From positions 21,762,001 to 21,826,000 of the forward strand of contig CATNEN010000001.1 in assembly GCA_950097015.1 (NCBI GenBank): a stretch of DNA of 64,000 nt, given 5' to 3'. Source of the stretch: Macrostomum hystrix. Taxonomy: Eukaryota > Animalia > Platyhelminthes. The notes under the pieces were generated by a model. That model made no database searches and had not been told where the DNA came from. It saw only the letters and a list, made by a program, of their open reading frames with translations. Of the stretch, positions 46,858-61,284 are shown piece by piece (the first letter of the stretch is position 1; each line of letters opens with the position of its first letter). The translations under genes were made by a program, and so were the position numbers.

Positions 46858-49734
46858 TTAATCCCTCGGGAAAAAGTATAGCTTCTTGCGCAGGTGGTTG
46901 GTTGGCGCGGGCATCTGGAAACGTTGGTTCTGACCGAAGGCTTCGCTAATCAGATTGTTGACCTGCACCATCATGTCAGCCACGTGCTCAGTGGTGAATT
47001 TCTCGGAGAAGATCTCCACAATGGCCTGCACAAACCAGCTGCCGCAATTCTTGTTCCGCCAGCTGACATAGCCGGGCAGAGTCGAGTGGGCGATCAGCAA
47101 ATCGGCAAAGTCTGACGGGATTCGGTTCTCCATGGACCGGGCATCTCCATAATTCAGCCGCTGCAGATGCTCGACCAAGTTTACCTCGTCGTCCTCACGG
47201 TTCGAGCCCGGGCCGTCAACCACCTCGTAGCTTGGCTGTTCTGTCTGCGTCTCCTCGCTCTTTTTGGTCAGCTCGATACGGCAGGCCTAGGGCGCAGGGA
47301 AAACGTAGTGTTATTTCTCCAAAAATAATAATTCTTGGTCTGAACTGCAGGGACTGGTTTTCTTGTGGGGCCGTTTTAGTTTGGGGCGCTGGGCTAGACG
47401 TACAGCCAATGCCACAGCCGCAGCTACTGCCACGTGCATCCAAAGGCGTTACGTTCAGATCATTGACCGGCGCAAGCACTGAGGTGGTGACATGGGAAAC
47501 TGAAATCGCATCCGAATAAATATTCTATTTGTAAATAAATAAAAACCGTAGACTTTTGAATCAAAACCGCGCGAAAAATAAACAATTTGTTTTACTTACC
47601 GTTATGCTGCAAATTTTTTACCGTATAAATGCGTTTGTTTTAATACTTACAGTATATGAGATATTTTGTAAAATTAGCCATTTTAAACAGTGTTTTTCCT
47701 GCTAGTATAAATGGACGACGTCTTGCAAACCAAAAAAGGAAGACTTGTTGTTGAGTGTGCGTGTGTGAAAGAGAATCAAAGAGTTGAGAATAGTCAAGAG
47801 TTTAAGGATCAAGAAGTGTGTTCAGAAATAAAAAGAAGTGCCATTTTAAAGGAATACATTGTACTATTTATTTTATAAGTGTGTAAAATAAAATATTAAG
47901 AAAGATAATACCAAGAAGCATGATAAAATTAATACTCAGATTTATACCAAGAGTTTTACTAAGAGGGAGCTGCTAAACTCTAAATCTCGGGGACGCCTAA
48001 TTTGACTGGGAAAACATACTCAGTTGCCTATAGCTACCGCTCGTGCAATCTAGACGCTACCAAATCGTGTACGTCGTAAAGTTAACGCTACCATTATAGT
48101 GTTAGATCCGCGAAAGATAAGTATCACGGAGTATCAAGAGTTAAACGGCCCTATTCAGGACCACCAGCCTAAAGCATAAGGAAATACATACAGAACTAAG
48201 AGAGAAATAAGAAGTAAGATCGGCCTGAGTAATACGCTACCAAGAGAGAGAAAGAGTGTTAAGCCCTATTACTAAACTTTGATAACAGCATTGGGATTTT
48301 ATCTATTGATAGGGTAACCCTACAACAACCTTGGTGTCAGCGATGGGATAATAGTTAAATCTAATTAGCCCTGTTACATTGGTATTATCAGTATTATTTT
48401 TACTATTAAAAGTAGTCAGTGTTATTTATTACAAAATATTCAACTAATCACCATGAAAGCCTGATGATTTTCATGCGACAGTTTCAGCTAAGGTTTTCTG
48501 ATGAAGCAACTTCTAGAATCACAAAATCTCGACGTCGTCGAGATACATTCAACGATCTCGTCGGGGTGTCTGGTGGCGATAAATTTTTATGCTTATACAG
48601 TGGCATCATCTAATCTTGCCGGCCATATCGTATTGAGGTACATAGTTGTTAGATTATTACACCAATATGGATTCACCAAAGAGGTTATGTAGAGCAATGT
48701 TAGGTGTCCTTGTCACTAGGGTCATCGACAAGAACCGCTGAATATCTCGACGATGCTGACTTAGACCGCTTTAAAAGTTAGCTTACCGTCAAGGGCGGAA
48801 AGTTTTGATTAATATGGTGGACTTTCACGAAAATCGATCATTCGCGGTTTGGGAGGTATCGTGAAGTTGGCAAGGGGTACTTGAAACCCTTTTGTGATTT
48901 CGCCAGGGGGGAGAAAATAGCGTGATCTTTTTTATACTTAAAAATTTCCTAACGGACAATAGTTCTCGGCAAATCCCAAATAAGTCCTTTACTGATCCGA
49001 GTGGGACAACGAATTCGGCTTGCATGCAGCACTCACTTGCTACTACTTAATCAAGGGCGATGGCAAGTATTTATAATTGCATACACAAATCTAACGTAAC
49101 AAACCGCGGTATCCCACTAGCCGTAGGCACCAGTTTGACTCACCTGGATAAAGACCAGCTTGGGTTTACCAATCAGTTTGCACTCTGGTTTATTGAAAAG
49201 TGCCAGGATGTCATTGTACTCGTCCACTGGCTTACTGTCCGAGCCGATGATTTTGCCTTTAGTGCCGTGCGAGAGAATGACCAGCAAACACGAGCTGTAG
49301 TTCTCGTGCTCAGAATTCAGGATGAAACTCTCGCACTCCGTTTTTATGTTATCAGCTGTCTGGTCCTCGAGCACTGTGACTCTGTACTGCAATGCAGTAA
49401 ACAAGCTGTTCAGATTTCCGCGGTCAATGTCCGTCCCAACGCGTTCTTCATGGCTGTAGAAATGTTTGTTATTAATGATGAGGCACAGGCCTCTTGGCTT
49501 GCTCGTAGGAGGCCTGTTGTCGTAGGCCTCCTTAAATTGCTGACGTTTGTGCTCCTCAAGTATTTCTCGATTGAACTTGTCAAAGTCAATCTCCACGCGC
49601 AGATTTCCCCGGGTCTGTTTGAGACCTCCGATTTCCGGGAAATTCCCAGAGAGGTCATCGTAGGTAACGCTGGTCTCAGTTAGAGGCAGCTCAAGAGTTA
49701 CCGGTAGGCTTTGCTCTCTACCGTGGCTAGACAT
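46858..49734 (-). CDS. Caspase (peptidase C14A), short prodomain; exons 49734-49144 and 47286-46858 (about 339 aa)
   Basis: PRGLCLIINN, RVGTDID, ILSHG, GKPKLVFIQ|ACRI, DLLIAHST, SWRN..GSWFVQ, QMP..LRKKLYF. Confidence 0.92.
47667..48378 (+). mobile_element. Possible LTR remnant with tRNA-Leu-like primer binding site in the caspase intron
   Basis: TGTAA...TTACA ends, TATAAA and AATAAA motifs, TGGTGTCAGCGATGGGAT at 48332-48349. No TSD found and the boundaries are uncertain. Confidence 0.35.
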
Positions 49735-50064
49735 GGCTAAACTGCTATTAGACTGCGGTGCGTTGTCTGCAGGACCGTATTCGAATTCATATAGAAGTTC
49801 TTTTTTGGTGAAGAAAAAATGTACATCCATGCAGATTGTACTGCAGTAAACCATGGAAAGAAAGTAATATTGTTGTGCATTGTGCTGCACCCGTGAAGCA
49901 TTTGAAAAATGATAATCATCTAATACTATTGAGAGCCTGCGGCGGATGGCAGTTTAGTTCAAACCCTGAAATTCTTACCAATCAATTTTAGACAGAACAC
50001 ACAGAATATCAAAGCTCCCACTTGGATACGGTAGAAAGCACAGATTCTATATTATAGATAATAC

Positions 50065-50260
50065 AAGCTGCAGTGTGGATAAGCAGAAAATTATTGGCAT
50101 GGCTCCGTGTGGATAAAATTGAAATTAACAGCATGGCATATATAAAGAGTTGTAGACCTATTCATATAAGCTGCCGTGTGGATAAGCAGAAAATTATTGG
50201 CATGTATGGATCTGTGTGGATAAAATTGAAATTATCGACATGGGACCGTGGGAATAAGCT
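50065..50260. repeat. Dispersed repeat (GTGGATAAGCAGAAAATT / GTGGATAAAATTGAAATT...GTGGGAATAAGC)
   Basis: Near-collinear match to 61130-61283 and inverted match to 60399-60468. Confidence 0.85.
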
Positions 50261-51279
50261 CTGCCTTTCGCAATATGTATAGAGTATGCCTTGAATCAAT
50301 TTTGATGTGATTATATGTGATATTTAAAGGCTTTTTTAGTTTATTTCATATTAGGCCTAGTTGTCTACAATAAACTATGATCGCATATCCTAAATTCCAA
50401 ATTACTTTATTTTGGAGTTGGAACAATTTAGTTTACTTTTAGTTTACACAGGGCTATATTATTTTTGTTTTCTTCTTAACTAAGTAAAAATGGAAGAAAA
50501 AAAGCAATAGTGAGATGGAATGATTATAAATTATGATTTTACTTTTTAATTTATAAATTTGCAAATAAGACCAATAAAATGCACTGATTTCCTTTAATCA
50601 GTTGGCTATACAGGTAATACCAAACTGTGTGCATTAAATAATATATAGCCATAATGTACTCTCATTATAATTTGTCAAGCCTGAAATTCAATCTTTGTCA
50701 AGTGCTCCACATGTAGGCCCTAGTGTTGCTAACTAGTAACAATGGTGTGCCAAGTGCACCTTACATTTCATGGTCAAAAAAGCATTATGTGCACCAAAAT
50801 ATTTGATAATATTATCTGGTAATAAGCTGGTAATATAGAATCTGTGGTAGAAAGAGCTACATTTTATCTAAGTTTCAAAACTCTCTATATATTTTTTCAA
50901 TGCAACCACAGCAATGAAAAGATTGCAACCACGACTTGAATGTATATTTTCCATGCTTCCAGCATTACTAAAAGTAGATTAAGCGATTAGAAATACCACA
51001 CTACGAGAACGCCAAAATTTCAAAAAAGAAATGCTCTAGAATTCATGCAGCTTCGTCTTACTATTCGTCTTAGTTCGTCTTACTATTTAGGACAGATGAT
51101 GTTAATCCACTTCAGCGGAACCTACCTCCAGTTATGACAGAATCCATCTGCAGGTATGGCGTGATCCACCTACAGGTATGACGGAATCCATCTAAAGGTA
51201 TGACGGGATTCACTTCAAGGTATTAATGCACTAATCAGTTAAAGCCTGATTTGTCGGATTCAAGAGAAGATAGCGCATA

Positions 51280-53948
<2,669 letters not shown>

Positions 53949-54039
53949 TCTTAATTAGCTCCCAAGTTTATGTCCTGGAATCAAAGCACATAAGAGAGAA
54001 ATTGTTACTAATTACACCTATACCCGATGCCCGGAGCTT

Positions 54040-54217
54040 CCAAAGGCTGTAGAGCTGTTCAGACTGAGGACTGGAGAGGCTGCCACACCAACTCAAACTT
54101 TTACCCTAGCTGATGATGATGCTCTTTATCAAGGACACGTATTGCTTCCCTTGGGCTGGGATTCGAACTCACGACCTGAAGTACATAAGTCAAAAGCTCT
54201 AATCACTGAGTTACAGC
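54040..54217 (-). mobile_element. Degenerate SINE family B copy
   Basis: AAGGCTGTAGAGCTGTTCAG..AGGACAC..GATTCGAACTC..CTAATCACTGAG, matching 33505-33725. Confidence 0.65.
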
Positions 54218-54764
54218 ATTCCTTGCTAGCTCAGTTTGCACATAAGCTTCAGTTTTCGCAGATTCGCAGAAGCGATCTACCCTACTAAATAGAAGTAGCC
54301 AATCAAGGCTTCTCGTGAATTAAAAAGTGTTTTGGCCCTACTGACTGTATGATTGTTATTTTCAGATTAAAAATGATAAGAGTCAAGAGACAAAGCAGAT
54401 TTGTGATTAATTGGTAGAATACTCGTATACTCGCATAGGAAAGCAAGTTTATTTCAGTTGATTATCAGTTTATTATGCACCGTCGGCGAGCTAATTACGA
54501 GTAAGAATATAAATAAACAAGACAGGTAACACAATATGAAAGATGGAGTTACAACAAATGCATTTATGTCACAGAGGCCATGCAAAGTCAGCGACAATGA
54601 AAGATTCTGTAGTAATTTGAAAATTGTACAAAGCAAATAAATAAAGTAATCTACTAGAATGTCAATGTTTTTTAACTTAATATACCGATGAGAAGTGAAA
54701 AACGCATACTGTTAATTGCAGACCTGCAGGAAATAATAGCCTAAAAATGCATGAGAAGACAGGT

Positions 54765-55570
54765 AGAAAAGGCAGAAGGACAGGTAGAACAGACAGACAG
54801 GTAGAGCAGACAGACAGACAGGTAGGCAGAGCAGATAGACAGGTAGGTAGTAGAGCAGACAGAGAGGTAGAGCAGACAGACAGGTAGAGCAGACAGACAG
54901 ACAGGTAGAGCAGACAGACAGACAGGTAGAGCAGACAGACAGGTAGAGCAGACAGACAGACAGGTAGAGCAGACAGACAGACAGGTAGAGCAGACAGACA
55001 GGTAGAGCAGACAGACAGACAGGTAGAGCAGACAGACAGACAGGTAGGCAGAGCAGATAGACAGGTAGGTAGTAGAGCAGACAGAGAGGTAGAGCAGACA
55101 GACAGGTAGAGCAGACAGACAGACAGGTAGAGCAGACAGACAGACAGGTAGGCAGAGCAGATAGACAGGTAGGTAGTAGAGCAGACAGAGAGGTAGAGCA
55201 GACAGACAGACAGGTAGACAGACAGACAGACAGGTAGAGCAGACAGACAGACAGGTAGGCAGAGCAGATAGACAGGTAGGTAGTAGAGCAGACAGAGAGG
55301 TAGAGCAGACAGACAGACAGGTAGAGCAGACAGACAGGTAGAGAAGACAGACAGACAGGTAGAGAAGACAGACAGACAGGTAGAGCAGACAGACAGGTAG
55401 AGAAGACAGACAGACAGGTAGAGCAGACAGACAGGTAGAGAAGACAGACAGACAGGTAGAGCAGACAGACAGGTAGAGAAGACAGACAGACAGGTAGAGC
55501 AGACAGACAGGTAGAGAAGACAGACAGACAGGTACAGCAGACAGACAGGTAGAGCAGACAGACAAGTAGG
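54765..55570. repeat. Complex (AGAC)n / GGTAGAGC satellite
   Basis: Directly visible. Confidence 0.95.
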
Positions 55571-55616
55571 CTGGAGAGACAGTTGGAAGACAGATACATA
55601 GAACACAGAGGCTAGC

Positions 55617-56486
55617 CTAAACCCTGTCCAAGGCCTCATAAACTAGCAGGGAGGCGATGGCGTCCAGAGCAGCGTAGCGCCGTCTCTCGGCAGTCAGCGG
55701 AGCGGCGGCCCAGTCGCAGCAGCGCACGCGGGTGTCCTTGTCCAGGCGCTGATTGAGAAGATGCTGCACAAGGCCATTTAAGCTCCACTGGCTCGACAGT
55801 TTCAATCGGCTCTTAGCCAAGTCGTTGAGTTCAATCCAGCCAGCCCTGTTGAGCAGTTTCTCAGATGGCAGCTGTTTGGGAAAGTCGCGGCTGAGTTTCT
55901 TTAAATCGCCGGCAATGGACAGGCCGACTTTCACCAGACGCTGATGAAGCAGAAGGCTGGCTAACGCTGGCGTCGGCTCAGTCAGAGTGCCGTCGCGAGC
56001 GAAATGAATGAGCGCGACACCCTTGGTCTCCATGATCGCCGGACAGAGCTGAAGCAGGGCGGTTCTGGGCAGCGAGTCGCCCGAATTCTGGCTCCATCCG
56101 GCAACGACGGGCCATTCTATGTCAAGGCCGCAGGCTACAATGGGACCGGTGGGGTCTTTATCCAACTGACTAAGTAACCGGCCACACCAAGAGTCCAACT
56201 GTTGCGGCCCGTCGATGTACACCAAAGGCCGGTCTGGTTCCAGAAACGGCAATCGCTCTTCCATGCGATCGTCGAAGCTCTGATGATTGCCGCGCTTGCC
56301 TCCGGTACCGGCATCGTCACAGTCCAGCATCCAGTCGGGCAGTTTGCGAATTCGCCGATTAGCAATGGCCTTGGCTGGTTCTGACGAGTTCGCCTGAAGT
56401 TGATAATCGATTTGACAGCACATCATATTGCAGCTGCTGATGAGGGCACTCAAAAGCCTGGGACAGCGGTACAAGAGCAGGCTCAT
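55617..56486 (-). CDS. WRN-type DEDDy 3'-5' exonuclease, stand-alone (no RecQ helicase)
   Basis: ExoI GLDIEWP, ALLQLC, ExoII KVGLSIAGDLKKL, SLNGLV, ExoIII DW..PLT..RYAALDA, and N-terminal RKLPDWM. The exact start is uncertain, and there may be a tiny last exon (VCN-stop) at 54723-54712. Confidence 0.88.
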   Translation of the reverse strand: MSLLLYRCPRLLSALISSCNMMCCQIDYQLQANSSEPAKAIANRRIRKLPDWMLDCDDAGTGGKRGNHQSFDDRMEERLPFLEPDRPLVYIDGPQQLDSWCGRLLSQLDKDPTGPIVACGLDIEWPVVAGWSQNSGDSLPRTALLQLCPAIMETKGVALIHFARDGTLTEPTPALASLLLHQRLVKVGLSIAGDLKKLSRDFPKQLPSEKLLNRAGWIELNDLAKSRLKLSSQWSLNGLVQHLLNQRLDKDTRVRCCDWAAAPLTAERRRYAALDAIASLLVYEALDRV

Positions 56487-56604
56487 CCAATGTCTGGCGG
56501 GTTTGGAGGCATTGAAATAAAAGGAATCAAATTCTGCTCAGATAAGCTGCGTAATGGTTAGCTAAATAGGCCTAAACCTGACAACCCACGTAGACTCACT
56601 TTAA

Positions 56605-57720
56605 GATGACATGCGTTGTGATAGGAGATATGAGATGCAGTGTGTTAGGAGAGATGACAGGCAGTGTGATAGGAGATATGACATACAGTGTGTTAGGAGA
56701 CATGACATACAGTGTGTTAGGAGACATGACTTACAGTGTGTTAGGAGAGATGACATACAGTGTGTTAGGAGACATGACTTACAGTGTGTTAGGAGAGATG
56801 ACAGGCAGTGTGATAGGAGATATGACATGCAGTGTGTTAGGAGAGATGACATGCAATGTGTTAGGAGAGATGACATGCAATGTGTTAGGAGAGATGACAG
56901 GCAGTGTGATAGGAGACATGACATACAGTGTGTTAGGATATATGACATACAGTGTAGAGAGTGGAGAGTAGAGATGGGAGACAGTGTGAGAGTAGAGATG
57001 GAAGGCAGTGTGAGAGTAGACATGAGAGGCAGTACGAGAGTAGAGATGGGAGGCAGTGTGAGAGTAGAGATGGGAGGCAGTGTGAGAGTAGAGATGGAAG
57101 GCAGTGTGTGAGTAGAGATGGGAGGCAGTGTGAGAGTAGAGATGGGAGGCAGTGTGAGAGTAGAGATGGGAGGCAGTGTGAGAGTAGAGATGGGAGGCAG
57201 TGTGAGAGTAGAGATGGGAGGCAGTGTGTGAGTAGAGATGGGAGGCAGTGTGAGAGTAGAGATGGGAGGCAGTGTGAGAGTAGAGATGGGAGGCAGTATG
57301 AGAGTAGAGATGGGAGGCAGTGTGAGAGTAGAGATGGGAGGCTGTATGAGAGTAGAGATGGGAGGCAGTGTGTGAGTAGAGATGGGAGGCAGTGTGTGAG
57401 TAGAGATGGGAGGCAGTGTGTGAGTAGAGATGGGAGGCAGTGTGTGAGTAGAGATGGGAGGCAGTGTGTGAGTAGAGATGGGAGGCTGTATGAGAGTAGA
57501 GATGGGAGGCAGTGTGTGAGTAGAGATGGGAGGCAGTGTGTGAGTAGAGATGGGAGGCAGTACGAGAGTAGAGATGGGAGGCAGTGTGTGAGTAGAGATG
57601 GGAGGCAGTACGAGAGTAGAGATGGGAGGCAGTGTGAGAGTAGAGATGGGAGGCAGTGTGAGAGTAGAGATGGGAGGCAGTATGAGAGTAGAGATGTGAG
57701 GCAGTGATAGTAGAGATAAG
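56605..57720. repeat. Two adjacent 24-bp minisatellites (GACATACAGTGTGTTAGGAGACAT)n and (GAGTAGAGATGGGAGGCAGTGTGA)n
   Basis: Directly visible; the switch lies near 56955. Confidence 0.95.
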
Positions 57721-58464
57721 AGAGTGAGACAGAGACAGGGAGCTAAATACATTGTGTTTTCATTCTTAGTTTAATTGTATTATAACAGATTGGGAATTCA
57801 TAAAAGAAGAAGAGCAAGAGTCCAGTCACGAGTAGTTAATAAGTACATCTGAAAGTTTCGACCATACACCGAGTGCTTAAAACTTCCAAGCAGAGACCGA
57901 AGTGAGTTTTGTGCCAGTTGGAAAAAATAAAATTCTATTTATTTTGTTTCCGGTCAGTTTAATTTGCAAACAATTGAGGTCTCAACTTCGTTATTTTCCA
58001 GGCATGTACTGTACACAAAAAGACAGCTTGACTCAAATAATTAGGCTCAACATAATATAATAAAACTAAATTGTCGCTGTCGCAATCAAAAAGGTATAAC
58101 ACGGCCGCGCCAGTTACAATCTTTGTGTTTTCGAGTCGGCAAATAAGACAATTAAATGTCGAAAAATAATATTCTTAACTAGCCCATCTCAGTGCGCAGC
58201 GAAATAAATAACTAAAAGTTACTCGCAAAGCTATACGAATTCAGGAAATCTAACAAAAGTAGCAATGCGCCATTTTCTATAACAAAAAAATGGTTTTGTA
58301 CCTTCTCTGAATATGTAGGCAAATATTGAGGACAGCACATATTCATATTATCTTTAGAATATAAGCCGTTTTGTCTATATTTTAGTTCGCTTTTTTAGAA
58401 CAAACTATGAATTGAAGCATAATTAATTACTGGCTTGAAAAATTCATTACTGAGTAAGAAAAGA

Positions 58465-58918
58465 AAAGGACCAATGAGAGGAAGAGAAAAAGAAGAACCA
58501 ATGAGAGAGGAGAGAAGGGCCGATGAGAGAGGAGAGAATGACCAATAAGAGAGGAGAGAATGACCAATAAGAGAGGAGAGAATGACCAATGAGAGAGGAG
58601 GAGGAGTGAAGGACAAATGAGAGAGGAGGAGGAGTGAAGGACAAATGAGAGAGGAGGAGAGAAGGACCAATGAGAGAGGAGGAGGAGAGAATGACCAATG
58701 AGAGAGGAGGATGAGAGAATGACCAATGAGAGAGGAGGAGGAGAGAAGGACCAATGAGAGAGGAGGAGGAGTGAAGGACCAATGAGAGAGGAGGAGGAGA
58801 GAATGACCAATGAGAGAGGATGAGGAGAGAATGACCAATGAGAGAGGAGGAGGAGAGAATGACCAATGAGAGAGGAGGAGGAGAGAAGGACCAATGAGAG
58901 AGTAGAAGAGAGGGAGAC
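58465..58918. repeat. About 28-bp purine-rich minisatellite (GACCAATGAGAGAGGAGGAGGAGAGAAT)n
   Basis: Directly visible; degenerate related units at 60187-60285. Confidence 0.93.
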
Positions 58919-59165
58919 AAAAAGGATATACTCGTAAAAAGACTACTTTAATGTCCCCAAAAATAAGAAGCTAAAGTGCCCCGTAGTGACCGAACAGAAA
59001 AGCAAACCAACAGAGTACACAGAGTTACATTCGGAGGGGGGCACTCGACTCAACCAGCATCGGGACTCTAACTTCACAGTCTCAAGAAAAAAGGAGGAGC
59101 ATAAAGTAGAACAACAAAATAGTATTAAACATAACGCATTGGATACAAGGCGCAGAAAACACATG

Positions 59166-60115
59166 TCAGGCATTCATACTGGTAACCACAGATCTAGCCA
59201 CATAGCATAGAACAGCTACGCAGGCGATTAGAAGCATATTGGACAGGCTTATAAAGTTATGCTGCTGACCGCCAACAATGTTCTCATCGTTGGCGCCTGT
59301 GTTCTTTGCCTGACCAGCTGAATTAGGTGGGCAGGATGAGTTAGCCTGCTGCTGCTGCTTACGTTTGATTTCTTGGCGTAATCGGTCAGCAAGTTCAGGA
59401 AATAGTTCGCAGAAGCGATCGTCGCGAAGATTGAACTCTGCGCTCTGAGCTGCCAGCGTCTGCTTCTGTTTAATTGTTGTTTTGAAGGAGAAATCCATCA
59501 TAGTTAATAGCTTTCGGCAATGATCAAATCTAAATGAAACATTTTTAGCAACCAGCAAATCTAAGTAAAACACCTAGGCAATGACAAAATCTAATTTATC
59601 TAGTGGTCGTAGACAATTCTAACAAAAAACTAATAATAAAACTATGTAATACGGTAAATTCCCCACAATAATGTTAACGCATGCATTGAACTCACCACAG
59701 AATCATAAGTCTGAACGCTGCCAAATGTTGGTGTATTCTCAAGCATAAAGCTGAGCAATCCGGTGAGTATAGTGCTCACGCACCAGGCCGGATTCCAAGT
59801 GTCAGGATGGAAATCTGAGATACTCAGACACAGCCGAGAATTGACCTTGAACCTGCCGCTGGGTGTGATCATGTAGATGCTTGGCGGCCTGAACGGGAAT
59901 TCCCTGGGAAATACCAGCTTGCCATGATAAAATCCTCCGCGATATGGCGAATCAGGCGGGCCCTCAACAACATAGTGCCACTCGAGGATGTTGCTAGGCA
60001 ACGGCTCGGCACTGATAAACGGCACCGGATCTCGCTTTAGCCGGGCATAGTCCTGCTTTAGGCGGGCTGTGGCAGTTGGTGACACGCCAGAGGAAGCTTT
60101 GGAAGATGGAGACAT
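59166..60115 (-). CDS. UBE2J2: Ubiquitin-conjugating enzyme E2 J2 (Ubc6), tail-anchored; exons 60115-59696 and 59465-59166
   Basis: ARLKQDY..DPVP..AEPLPSNILEWHYV, YHGKLVFPREFPFRPPSIYMITPSGRF, RLCLSISDFHPDTWNPAW, FCELFPEL and a C-terminal TM segment. Confidence 0.95.
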
Positions 60116-60396
60116 AGATAATAGATGACCTGAAACTTTGGGTGGGTTTTCATATTCATATAAAACTAACGCCATGCTTTTGTATAGGAGAAGAGAAGGA
60201 CCAATGTTAGAGGAGAGATGGACTGATGAGAGAGGAGGGGAGAAGGGCCAATAAGAGACGAGGAAAGAAGGACCAGTGAGAGAGCAAAACACTTTATTGT
60301 CATAAAAAAGAAGTGCATAGAGCTTTTCAAAAGTAATGAAATCATTGATTTACTTTTTGTTTCAATGTATATATATTTTTTATAATTGTAATGGAA

Positions 60397-61284
60397 GTGC
60401 TTATTCCCACAGTCCCATGCCGATAATTTTCTGCTTATCCACACGGCAGCTTGTATGAATAGGTCTACTTTCAAGTCCCTACCTATTCTTCTCTGAGCAT
60501 AAGGCTTTTGCTTCAGAGTATAGTGTATAGTGTACACTAGATCAATGCATAGTGTAAAAGAATAACAATGATGTATAATATGTGTGACAAGTTTGGTGCT
60601 GACTAGAATTCTGCTGGTTGACTCGTATGATTTTCTTTGATAGACTTCTTACTTTGTTGTAAATCAATACAATTTGAATGAAAACACGTAACAATTACAA
60701 AAGATTTAGTAAGTTGTTATTACAATAATTAAAAAGGATGACATTAATGTTGGTTAATGAATGTGTAGGTTGAAATGTAGAACACTGTCGTAACACACTG
60801 GCAACTTTGTTGATCTATTGGCTCGAGGGTTCAACAAAACGTTTAAACCCGAAAGGGCCTTGTTTCATAGAACAGAACTGTGTGGATCATACATGCGCAA
60901 CACCCGGCCAACCTGGCCGGGTGAAATGAGGGCCAAGCAAGGTCAGTCGCAAAAACCAATCAACCAAGCGCAAAACAATCAAAGGGGGGACCAAGGGACA
61001 AAAAAGGAAGGCATGAAGAAAAGGAAAAAGGGGAGAGAAAAAGAGAGCAAATGAGAGCAAACTAAGTTGTAAATAGAGCAAAAACTAAGTCGCACGGCTG
61101 GCTAAGATTTGGGAGGTTGCGCATGTATGGTGTGGATAAAATTGAAATTAATGGCATGGCATATTTATATAAAGAGTTTTAGACCTATTCATACAAGCTG
61201 CCGTGTGGATAAGCAGAAAATTATCGGCACGGATCCATGTGGATAAAATTGAAATTATCGGCACGGGACCGTGGGAATAAGCCC
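60397..61284. mobile_element. Putative TIR element hosting the hAT MITE
   Basis: Inverted termini GCTTATTCCCAC..GTCCC..GCCGATAATTT and AAATTATCGGC..GGGAC..GTGGGAATAAGC; TSD not resolved. Confidence 0.55.
60888..61129. mobile_element. hAT-type MITE, intact copy
   Basis: 14-bp TIRs CATACATGCGCAAC / GTTGCGCATGTATG and 8-bp TSD GTGTGGAT; inverse orientation to the 32014-32982 copy. Confidence 0.92.

Noticed and set aside
54677-58920. Repeat ORFs over 54677-55639, 56601-57752 and 58395-58920, including a mucin-like (LPPISTLT)n
   Set aside because: They coincide exactly with satellite arrays and have no independent coding evidence.
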